From the sequence record CP025712.1: DNA of 46,701 nt; one strand, given 5' to 3'. This DNA comes from Escherichia phage YDC107_1. This document shows positions 22,523 through 31,000 of the stretch, piece after piece. Below the pieces are notes generated by a model. That model worked only from the letters and a program-made list of their open reading frames with translations, was not told where the DNA came from and did no database searches. The position numbers and the translations under genes were made by a program. How positions within the stretch are numbered: position 1 is the first letter of the stretch; each line of letters starts with the position of its first letter.

Positions 22523-22809
22523 TGAAAGCGAAAGGCATCCCGTTTAACGAAGTAAAAGAAAAACTTCTCAACACTCCAGAAGCCATCAAAGGATATGAAG
22601 AGGCCGATAAAGAGCTGGAGATGGTCGAAATGTTATACGAAATGAGGGAAAGAGCAGGTTTAACGAAATCAGCTCTGGCTGAACGAATGGGGTTGCGACC
22701 GTCAGCCATCAGCCGCCTGGAAAGCAATCCTTTAGGGGCAAGTATGAAAACTTTGGCTAAATATGCTCATGCCTGCGGCGCAACCATCGATATTCGCGCT
22801 GTTTATTAA
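22522..22809 (+). CDS. HigA-like HTH (XRE family) antitoxin
   Basis: 95 aa, HTH LTKSALAERMGLRPSAISRLE; start overlaps toxin stop (ATGA). Confidence 0.8.
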   Translation: MKAKGIPFNEVKEKLLNTPEAIKGYEEADKELEMVEMLYEMRERAGLTKSALAERMGLRPSAISRLESNPLGASMKTLAKYAHACGATIDIRAVY

Positions 22810-22851
22810 TTAGACTCTTTTACTACCCCGTCCAGAAGGGCGGGGTGTGCA

Positions 22852-23055
22852 TCAATGATGTGAACGCTCAACAGCGATAGTTTTCTGACAATGCTGGGCA
22901 ATCTCTCGCGACATGTTGATGAGTCGTGAAACCTCACCAATATGTAGGCTGGCTTCTGGAGAAGCCAGGGTGACGCTAACCAGATCCAGAACGGCGTCAA
23001 TATCTCTCAAATTTGAATCGAGTTGTTCAAGAGTTGATACGGCTGCTTCAGACAT
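22852..23055 (-). CDS. Hypothetical small protein
   Basis: 67-aa ORF, weak RBS. Confidence 0.3.
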   Translation of the reverse strand: MSEAAVSTLEQLDSNLRDIDAVLDLVSVTLASPEASLHIGEVSRLINMSREIAQHCQKTIAVERSHH

Positions 23056-23137
23056 TAAATCTCATACCATTTAACTAAAAAAGGTTTTTTATACTGTATA
23101 AAATTACAGGATAAAACTCAAACTTTACGGTCAATTT

Positions 23138-23380
23138 TCAATGAATTAACTGCGTAAACTGCTGTGTGACCCGATACTTATGCTCTCTCCCTATGCCACG
23201 ATCAACTTTCTCAAGAAGTCCAGTACGGACAGCAGAATCAAGCATCCTTTTAACAATTCTGCTATTTAACCCAACATCAAAAGCAAGCATCGAAGCGAAA
23301 ACAAACCCATCACCACCATCAGAAAAGCTCTTTTCGCTCCGTTTTCGTATCATTTCAAAAAGCAATGCCTTTTTATCCAT
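23138..23380 (-). CDS. Hypothetical small protein
   Basis: 80-aa ORF; no family recognised. Confidence 0.45.
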   Translation of the reverse strand: MDKKALLFEMIRKRSEKSFSDGGDGFVFASMLAFDVGLNSRIVKRMLDSAVRTGLLEKVDRGIGREHKYRVTQQFTQLIH

Positions 23381-23398
23381 TTATCCCTCCGTGACCAG

Positions 23399-23725
23399 TC
23401 ACACTTTGAGCGCAAGTTTCAGCCTCGTGGTTGTAAGGTGGCATGACCCTTCGCCATCAAAAATGCATTCTGAAACAGGCATTTTTTGACCACATCGCGG
23501 GCAAGTAGTAGATAGCTGCTTCTGCAGCTCCTTATAGTTTTTCCTGATCAGCAAACCAATGACTTCGTTCTCCGAATATGGAACTCGCCCTGGTCTACGC
23601 AATACACAAATTTCCCCCAACATACGTAACTCGTCAGGTTCTAGAATCCAGTCCCGTCTTGATGTGCCTTCCTTCTTCAACCGTTCCCTGCGTCTCCTTT
23701 GCCGTTCTGCCGGTGTCAGCGCCAT
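23399..23725 (-). CDS. Hypothetical protein with C-terminal zinc-ribbon-like cysteines
   Basis: 108 aa; basic N-terminus; CPRCG…C…C. Confidence 0.45.
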   Translation of the reverse strand: MALTPAERQRRRRERLKKEGTSRRDWILEPDELRMLGEICVLRRPGRVPYSENEVIGLLIRKNYKELQKQLSTTCPRCGQKMPVSECIFDGEGSCHLTTTRLKLALKV

Positions 23726-23740
23726 AAATCCTCCTGAAAA

Positions 23741-24400
23741 TTACTTAACCCAACTAACTACACCGCCAGCGGCCACAACCGCCCTTTCACAATCACGCTC
23801 ATATCTCAAAGGTTGAAATACACCATCAATAAAATATTTATCTCCACCAAACGCTGCAGGAAGTGAAACAGAAAACTGAACATGACCATCCGGAGTTACC
23901 GGAGAGTTGCCAGCCTCATACGCGACCCTTATCCAGTGCATAAACATTTCAGTACTTACACATCCACAATCAACATCAATTTTGTCATGCTGCTGTTCCA
24001 GCCATTGCTCAAAAGTTAACTTGTAAGTTTGGCTTACAGGTTTGGCTTCCAGTTCTGCTACGCGCTGTTTTGCAGCATCCAGTTCAATCGACAATTTTTC
24101 CAACTGCTCTTTATGCTTCTTGTATTCCTGATATGCGTGCCAGGACTGACCTTTGCGCACACTATCAGTAATATCAGTAATCTGTTCTGGTGTTAGCGTG
24201 GTCAGTGGCTGTGCTGGGAAAATCAGCACTTTCCCGGAATCCCAATCAAAACCAGCGTGAATTGACTGAACCTCAACTGAGGGTGTTGAACCAATGCTGC
24301 CAGGCGAATGAATAACGATTGTTACATCCATATCGCGACGATGGCTGTGGTTGTTGGACAAAATACGATTCACCAACTCAGAAAATTTGGAAAATTTCAT
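23741..24400 (-). CDS. Hypothetical protein
   Basis: 219-aa ORF, translationally coupled to the next gene; no family recognised. Confidence 0.5.
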   Translation of the reverse strand: MKFSKFSELVNRILSNNHSHRRDMDVTIVIHSPGSIGSTPSVEVQSIHAGFDWDSGKVLIFPAQPLTTLTPEQITDITDSVRKGQSWHAYQEYKKHKEQLEKLSIELDAAKQRVAELEAKPVSQTYKLTFEQWLEQQHDKIDVDCGCVSTEMFMHWIRVAYEAGNSPVTPDGHVQFSVSLPAAFGGDKYFIDGVFQPLRYERDCERAVVAAGGVVSWVK

Positions 24401-24687
24401 GCTGATTCCCCTTTATCTGCTCTCTCCTGTCGGAACATCACTATCATCAGGTCGCCTTTTGTCGCTATCTTGGCTGTTGTGCCTGGCTCAATGCGGCTAA
24501 GTTCAAATGCGTCATAGAACGCCTCTAACACTTTCTGGCGTCTTTCCTGTTTGCGGTGCTTTCCCCACTGCTTTAGAAAAACAGAGGCCGCCCACTTCCC
24601 CGCACTGAACATGATGTAAAACCAACCGAGAAGTGCCAGACCGATATTTAGGGCCGTATCGATCGTTATCGTGGTGTCGATATTCAC
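24397..24687 (-). CDS. Hypothetical membrane protein
   Basis: 96 aa with one predicted TM segment LNIGLALLGWFYIMF. Confidence 0.45.
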   Translation of the reverse strand: MNIDTTITIDTALNIGLALLGWFYIMFSAGKWAASVFLKQWGKHRKQERRQKVLEAFYDAFELSRIEPGTTAKIATKGDLMIVMFRQERADKGESA

Positions 24688-25106
24688 TACGCCACCTCCT
24701 GTAAATTTCCCTGATAAAAAGCCAGCACACGCTGCATAACTTCACTTTTCCGGCAATCGTGACAAATCATGTTCAAGCGCCTGTCGTAACGACGTATTTC
24801 TCCGTCAGGTAATGACCAGATAAGGTCTGGATCAACCACTACCGATGTCTTCGGCTTTACTCTTGATAGTTTTTTACGGGCGTTTTGCCAGTCCTTGCGT
24901 GCTTGTGCAGACAGAAATATCCCGGAGCCAGAGATATACAAATCACCACTGGCAGCAAGCTCTCTTGATAAACGACTAACAGCACACCGGCTAATACCAG
25001 TTTCATCCGCAAGTTGCCTAACCGTTCCTCGTCCATTCAGGCGCACGAGTTCCACAATTTGTTTATTCAGTTCTTCCCTCTGTTCTGGTGTAAAAGCCTT
25101 TGCCAT
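24687..25106 (-). CDS. Putative HTH DNA-binding protein
   Basis: 139 aa; HTH-like RQLADETGISRCAVSRLSREL. Confidence 0.5.
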   Translation of the reverse strand: MAKAFTPEQREELNKQIVELVRLNGRGTVRQLADETGISRCAVSRLSRELAASGDLYISGSGIFLSAQARKDWQNARKKLSRVKPKTSVVVDPDLIWSLPDGEIRRYDRRLNMICHDCRKSEVMQRVLAFYQGNLQEVA

Positions 25107-25705
25107 TACGATTCTCCTTGCCCTTTTACAAGACGGGAGAAAATTGCGGATACATACTTAGCCTGATGAATAGCATCAGCCAGGGCATTGTGTCGTTCAC
25201 CATCAAATGGCATATCTTTTTTAGGATTGAAACCAATAAACTGACCAAGATTAACGATTGTTCGAACATCCTGATCATTAAAATATTCCCACGGACAGGC
25301 TAAGCCAACGCGCTCATAAGCACCGCGTAAAATTACATTGTCGAATGTTGCTCCATTTCCCCATACTTTCAATTTTTTTAAATTACATGCATGGCAAGTA
25401 ATAAAGTGTGATAATTCAAAAAGTGCATCCTTAATATTAAGGGCATCATTAGTACAAATTGCGGCTCTGGCTTCCTTGCTCTGTTTCAACCACCATAAAA
25501 TGGTATCACCATCGGCGACACCACCATTCAACATCGAGCTTCTGAGATTCACTGGCACATAAAAAGTAGGACCTAATTCCTCACCTTCTGGAGAAAAAAA
25601 CACTGCCCCGATAGAAACAATTGGAGCACATGTGTTAGTACCCATTGTTTCAAGGTCAATCATTACATCAGACCGTTTCCTGTCGTAAATAATCTGATTA
25701 GTCAC
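25106..25705 (-). CDS. DEDDh-type 3'-5' exonuclease (DnaQ-like)
   Basis: Exo I motif MIDLETMG and Exo III H-x4-D (HNALADA). Confidence 0.75.
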   Translation of the reverse strand: MTNQIIYDRKRSDVMIDLETMGTNTCAPIVSIGAVFFSPEGEELGPTFYVPVNLRSSMLNGGVADGDTILWWLKQSKEARAAICTNDALNIKDALFELSHFITCHACNLKKLKVWGNGATFDNVILRGAYERVGLACPWEYFNDQDVRTIVNLGQFIGFNPKKDMPFDGERHNALADAIHQAKYVSAIFSRLVKGQGES

Positions 25706-25728
25706 GAATAATTCTCCTCAACGTTTAT

Positions 25729-25932
25729 CTATACCCAAATTTTCTGTTGATATGTTCTGGATGGTTTTGGTGTTCTTTCTGATTCAGGTAAATGAACATA
25801 AACGCAATATCCATCACCTAAAAAATCAGAACGAACAACCAGAACTTTCTTACCACGCCGCCGATAAGTATCTGAAAGACGCTCTGCTTCATCATGCGTC
25901 ATCGGCCCCTGTTTAAATGGCGTTATTTTCAT
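25729..25932 (-). CDS. Hypothetical small protein
   Basis: Starts at MKITPFKQGPM; the ORF-track start at 25956 is a GTG inside the palindrome. Confidence 0.35.
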   Translation of the reverse strand: MKITPFKQGPMTHDEAERLSDTYRRRGKKVLVVRSDFLGDGYCVYVHLPESERTPKPSRTYQQKIWV

Positions 25933-26233
25933 TTTCTTGTGCGACCACGGTCGCACCCTCTCTGATTTCCAAGTAACGCTTAATCCAAAGATTTTCTATA
26001 TGCTTATTACCTGGCTGATTTGATAAATACCAATCGGCAATTACAGACTGCTTATTACTATCTGGTCGTGTCCTGTAACCACAAGTTGGACACCAAATAA
26101 CATATTCATTTCTTACCCCCGAATACCTTAATTCTGGCTTCGACGGTTTCCTGAACATAACTTGTTTACAAAGGCAGAATGGCACTTCCTGCCCGATGGC
26201 GTTTGATGATTTCACTGCGCTTCTCCGCCGCAT
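25913..26233 (-). CDS. Hypothetical protein with CxxC zinc-ribbon motif
   Basis: 106-aa ORF with CPTCG; start uncertain. Confidence 0.4.
   Translation of the reverse strand: MRRRSAVKSSNAIGQEVPFCLCKQVMFRKPSKPELRYSGVRNEYVIWCPTCGYRTRPDSNKQSVIADWYLSNQPGNKHIENLWIKRYLEIREGATVVAQENENNAI
25939..25956. repeat. 18-bp palindrome GTGCGACCACGGTCGCAC, copy 4
   Basis: At the junction of two small early genes. Confidence 0.6.
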
Positions 26234-26876
26234 TTAATAATGCGGTTCGATTTAAGCTCAGACATCGCGACTTAATTAAAAGCCAGCGTTCTTTATAATC
26301 TTGTCTCCAGCTATCAATAGATATATTCAGTAGAAAACTCAGATGCCTGTCCTGTTCTCTCTCATCAACTGCCTCAGCACACGTAAGTTCTGATTTAACC
26401 TGTTGTGCCGCGTAATAAATCAATTTCCGCATGGCTTTTTTCGTGGAGGCCTTCATTTTTTTAAAGCCGCCCCCCGAATGAGCAACCAGAAAATCAAGCC
26501 ATAACCACTGACAAACAATCACATCATTGTTGTAATCAGGCTTGCATCCGTAGCAATAATAAAGCCAGGCTGATTCCTCGTTATTCAACTGACCAATAGC
26601 CCTGCGCCAGCTGGCGCTCTGAAAATCAATATCAGTGAGCAACATTGATGATTGTTTAAATGTTTTCCCCTGATGGAATCTAACCGGCTCAGCAGGAACG
26701 GACACTTCGTATGAGTTATCATCCCCCACACTGATTGACCGGACTGGTTTATTGTTAAACCGTCCTGATCTACCGAGACGCATCTGCTCAAGCTGGACCT
26801 CCAGAATGCCACGCTGGCGATAATGAACATCAGCCAATGCCGTAGAGACGCAGCTGCGTATATACTCAAGCTCCAC
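26166..26876 (-). CDS. Hypothetical early protein directly downstream of cro (regulator or Q-like candidate)
   Basis: 236 aa from a GTG start with SD AAGGAG; contains CYGC…C cysteines; family not recognised. Confidence 0.5.
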   Translation of the reverse strand: MELEYIRSCVSTALADVHYRQRGILEVQLEQMRLGRSGRFNNKPVRSISVGDDNSYEVSVPAEPVRFHQGKTFKQSSMLLTDIDFQSASWRRAIGQLNNEESAWLYYCYGCKPDYNNDVIVCQWLWLDFLVAHSGGGFKKMKASTKKAMRKLIYYAAQQVKSELTCAEAVDEREQDRHLSFLLNISIDSWRQDYKERWLLIKSRCLSLNRTALLNAAEKRSEIIKRHRAGSAILPL

Positions 26877-27087
26877 GCTTACGACTCTCCTTAATCGACT
26901 GCTTTACCCGCCGAGTTGTAAAGTCACTCTTCAGCTTATAAGCAGTACGAACTTCAATATCGCTTTGCCGCAATGAAGGAATCTCTCCAGCGGTTAACCA
27001 TTGGTAAACAGCTCCGGGTGTTACACCTACCCCTGCCGCTGCTTTTTCTACACTGCCAAAATGGCGAATAAGTTCTTCTGGTTTCAT
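26866..27087 (-). CDS. cro: Cro-like HTH repressor
   Basis: 73 aa from MKPEELIRHFGSVEKAAAGVGVTPGAVYQWL; divergent from the repressor gene. Confidence 0.7.
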   Translation of the reverse strand: MKPEELIRHFGSVEKAAAGVGVTPGAVYQWLTAGEIPSLRQSDIEVRTAYKLKSDFTTRRVKQSIKESRKRGA

Positions 27088-27118
27088 GTTGTTATTATAA
27101 ACAATAAACAACAATTAA

Positions 27119-27156
27119 AGCCAGCTATAATAAATAAATTTTATAGCCAGCTATAA
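27119..27156. promoter_or_regulatory. Operator region between cro and cB: two AGCCAGCTATAA repeats
   Basis: Repeats at 27119-27130 and 27145-27156; the second lies in the near-palindrome TTATAGCCAGCTATAA; AT-rich promoter context. Confidence 0.5.
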
Positions 27157-27178
27157 GAAGATCATTTATGATTACAGT

Positions 27179-27775
27179 ATGAAAACACGAGGCGAACGAC
27201 TGAAAGCACGCCGTTTAGAGATGAAGCTGACGTTGCGAGAAGTTGCTGAGGCTGTCGATATCTCTATAGCAGGCGTCCAAAACTTAGAACGTGGCGACGT
27301 AATGCCGTCACTGGAGATAGGTATTGCCCTGGCTAAGTGCTTACGCAAGCCAGTGCATTGGGTGCTATATGGGACAGAATATGACCCTGATCGCATTCCT
27401 GTTATTGGCACAACTGAAAGTGGGCCGGATGAAGAGTGGAAGCCGGGACAGGTTCCAAATACTGAGCGATTCCTGCCATTCATCAGCCAGCGCAATACTG
27501 TGTATGCGTTAACTATCAGCAATCTTACGCAGGGAAACTATCAGCCAGGCGATTTTCTCCTGGTCGATTCTGCGCTGGAACTGGTCCCCGGCGAGGATGT
27601 TCTGGTTCGTGATACTGCAGGAAATATCACTATCCAGCGCCTGGCCCGTTTTGATGATGAAAATTACTATCTGGATGGAACAAACTCACAACGCGCCATC
27701 TTCAGGAAAAGCGATCTTGAATTTGTTCACCAAATAGTCGGAACGATCAAATCATTCATGGTTGAGGGTAGATGA
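27179..27775 (+). CDS. cB: Prophage repressor (N15 CB / lambda CI analogue): HTH plus degenerate LexA-like C-terminal domain
   Basis: 198 aa; N-terminal HTH LTLREVAEAVDISIAGVQNLERG. Confidence 0.8.
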   Translation: MKTRGERLKARRLEMKLTLREVAEAVDISIAGVQNLERGDVMPSLEIGIALAKCLRKPVHWVLYGTEYDPDRIPVIGTTESGPDEEWKPGQVPNTERFLPFISQRNTVYALTISNLTQGNYQPGDFLLVDSALELVPGEDVLVRDTAGNITIQRLARFDDENYYLDGTNSQRAIFRKSDLEFVHQIVGTIKSFMVEGR

Positions 27776-27869
27776 CTTAATACGGGGTTTATTGTTTGCT
27801 GTAAATCTGGTTTAATGCAGGGCATATGTTCTGTGGGTTGACTCAGGTTACAGCAGCAGAAAAAAGACG

Positions 27870-27905
27870 AAAAAAAACCCGAGTCGGCAAACTCGGGTCC
27901 TTTTC
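27870..27905. terminator. Bidirectional rho-independent terminator after the repressor gene
   Basis: A-run, CCCGAGT-CGGCAAA-ACTCGGG, then T-run. Confidence 0.5.
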
Positions 27906-28020
27906 AGGAAGCAGCCACAACAACGCGACAGATTCCGTCAATTCAAGATGCGTTTATTGTGGCTGCTCCTGCGGATTTTTTCAACCCGAAAAAACATAAT
28001 TCGCATGGAATGGCTAAAAA

Positions 28021-31000
28021 ATGACATTAAACGATTTCTATGCGGATCGCTTTGGCAGCGATCCGTTCTCGCTAATTGAAGCAGCACGGGATGAACTAAC
28101 CGAGCTGGCACAGATGGCTGGTATCAACTGGCCTGCCTGTTCCGACAACATCCAACTCAACCCTCGCGGGGGGGTTGAGCGTTACTCTTCATACAATAAA
28201 ACATCTCCAGAAGCTCTCGAAAAGAGCCTGAAAGGACGCGTAGAAATTTACTCCAGGCTGGAACACAGCAAAGGGATTGATTACCCGTTCATTAACTTCG
28301 TCCATAAAGGCAGCGATGCTGGCTCATGGAGCGGTTTCTCCTTCCTGTTTTCTGAATATCGCCGTGAGCAACAACGGAATAATGCGACCGTGGTCGCACA
28401 ACCGGAAGAAGAACGGGAAAGAATAGAACGTCAGGCCGAAGCACGTCGTCGCCGTGAAGAACAAAAACGAATTAATGACCTGAAAAACAACCAAATGGAC
28501 CATGAACGTTTGCTGGGATGGCTGGCATTCCACAGCGCGTGGGAACATGCTCAGGCTGAAGACGGCTCATGGCCATATGCGATTAAAAAAGGTATTCGTG
28601 ACGTTTTTAGTTCATGTGATGTGCGTCGCGTGACCAGTCACGACAGTGCGAAATGGAGCCGGGGGCCAACCACATATATGGCTATCCCTCTGGCTCACCT
28701 GGACGGTCGTTATGATGGTCGTATTGTGGGTTGGCAGCGAATCGACAAACAAGGTGGGAAATACCAGACCAGCGCAGTAACCAGCGGCGATTTCGTCGGT
28801 GCCTGCTTTGTTATCGGTGAGCTGAAAGGGGCGCAAAACATCGCTGTTACAGAAGGTTTTGCTACTGGTGCATCCATCTGGCTTGCCACGAAAAAAGATA
28901 AACGCTTTGACGCGGTGGTTGTCGCTGTATCCGCTAACAACATGGTTCATGTTGTGGAACAACTGGTAAACATGTACCCGGCGGCAAAAATCACCTGCGC
29001 ACTGGATAATGACCGGAAATCTGCCACAGAAGGAAAAGGGAATACCGGCCTGCGGACTGGCTATGAAATCTTATCGAAATTCAACGATGTCCGCTGCGTC
29101 TACCCAACTTTTGAAGACGATCCGCAAATGGAGTGCAGTGACTTCAACGACCTGCACAAACTACGTGGACTTCGTGAAACAGCACGTCAACTATTTGCAA
29201 CAGCAAACCGCCTGAAAACCGGCACTGATTTGCTATCTCTGACGCTCAACCGCCTGAAGACAATTAAGCGGGATAACCGTCGTACTTTTGCCAAAGAGCT
29301 GCTGAGAGCGGTGGATATTGGCATGCTAACCTGTCCGGTTCCTAACAGTCCGTCAGATTTGTTTAACATGTTCTGTATCGTTCTGCGTGAAATGGGGCTG
29401 GAAAATATCTATCGCGCTACGGTAAAAGACCACATTGCCCGTCGCCTGAATAAAAAATGCCGTATTGCCCAGGCTCCGCGCTCTTTCAGCGAACGCATAA
29501 CTGATCCCAATAAACGCCCTCAACATATCACCTATAAGCGTTTTGAAACTTCGGTAATGACCTATGACGTCCTGAAGTACGTGCAATCACTACAGGGGAT
29601 CGTCATCGTTCGTGCTGGTATGGGTTCCGGCAAATCTACTGGATTGTTACGACCGTTAATGCATAGCTCAGAACGCGGTATCTCTGTAGCTCACCGTGTT
29701 TCCCTTATTGGTGGCCTGTGGGAAATGATGACTGAAGGAAAAGGTGTAAAAGCCGATATCCTGCACTATCAGGACCCTGGCTATCAGGAAATGGCTCCAT
29801 ACGCCAGTAAACTGACCATCTGCATAAACTCGATTGTTAAAAACTGCTGGCAACCGTTGATGCGCCAGCACGACTATTTTGGCTTTGACGAGGCCACACA
29901 AGGGCTACGTGCCGTTCTTTCCGGTCGGGCTATGGAAAACCCAGTGGCTGTATTCAATACGCTAATTGACGCGCTGGCCAGAACGGAACAACACCCAATA
30001 ATGGTGGATGCTGATGCGAACGATCTGCTGGTTGACCTGGCTGAACTGGCTATGAAACGCCGTGAAGAACTAGGTTTACCGGCATGGCTGCAGATCCACG
30101 TAATTGAATTACCTGTTGATGTTCGCAACCGCGAAACAGGTGAGCCAATCCGGGTTTTTTATACAGAAAAAGATCGCATCATGACCGAGGTGGTGAAAGC
30201 TGTATCGGATGGCGAAAAAATCATGTTGGCCACCGACAGCTCCACCTTTGCAGAAGATGTGACCGCCACCCTGAGAATGCATTTTCCTGGTAAGAAATTT
30301 CTGTGCGTAAACCAGAAAAGCAAACAGGATGAAGAAGTCGATGCTTTTACCAACCAGCCAAAAGTAATGGTGATGAAATACGATGGACTGATCTACAGCC
30401 CGTCGATTTCCTCCGGGGTGTCATTTGAGAAAAAACATTTTGACCGTCATTTCGGCATGTTCTGCGGTGAAGTTGTGCCCAGCGACGCAGTGCAAATGCT
30501 ACGCCGCGACCGTACAGCAAAAGAATTTATTATCGGCTTTGATAAAGCTCGTGCAAAACGCGAGACTGATCCGCAAAAAATAGAACGTGCATTCGCCCAG
30601 GCATTACTTGCTACCGCAGGCATGAACGGTGAACTGACGGATGTCGTTTTCGATGGCGACCGTATATCAATGGGGGTGGCCAATACCGACTTTACCAGGA
30701 TGAAAATTAAAGCTGCCGCTATTGAAGCGTCTGCGCGTAACGACTACGCCAGCAACATGATCTGCATCATGCACAGCGACGGTTATAAGGTATCGCCATT
30801 AGCTACTGATTATGCCGCAAATGATTTTGGTAAAGAGCTGCGCAAAGAAGCGCGGGATATTGTGTGGGAACAGACGCTGGATCTGCACCTCAATACAGAG
30901 ACACCAGAAGAATCAGAGCGTGAAGAACTACTAAAAAAACGTGCGCTAACGCTTGAAGAACAGGCAAAACTTGTCCGCTGGGATATTGAGAACGAACTGA

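Noticed and set aside
26166-26876. 236-aa protein as a definite Q antiterminator or as YdaT-like toxin
   Set aside because: Position after cro and a CxxC motif are suggestive, but I cannot align it to any Q family or to YdaT from memory; left as hypothetical.
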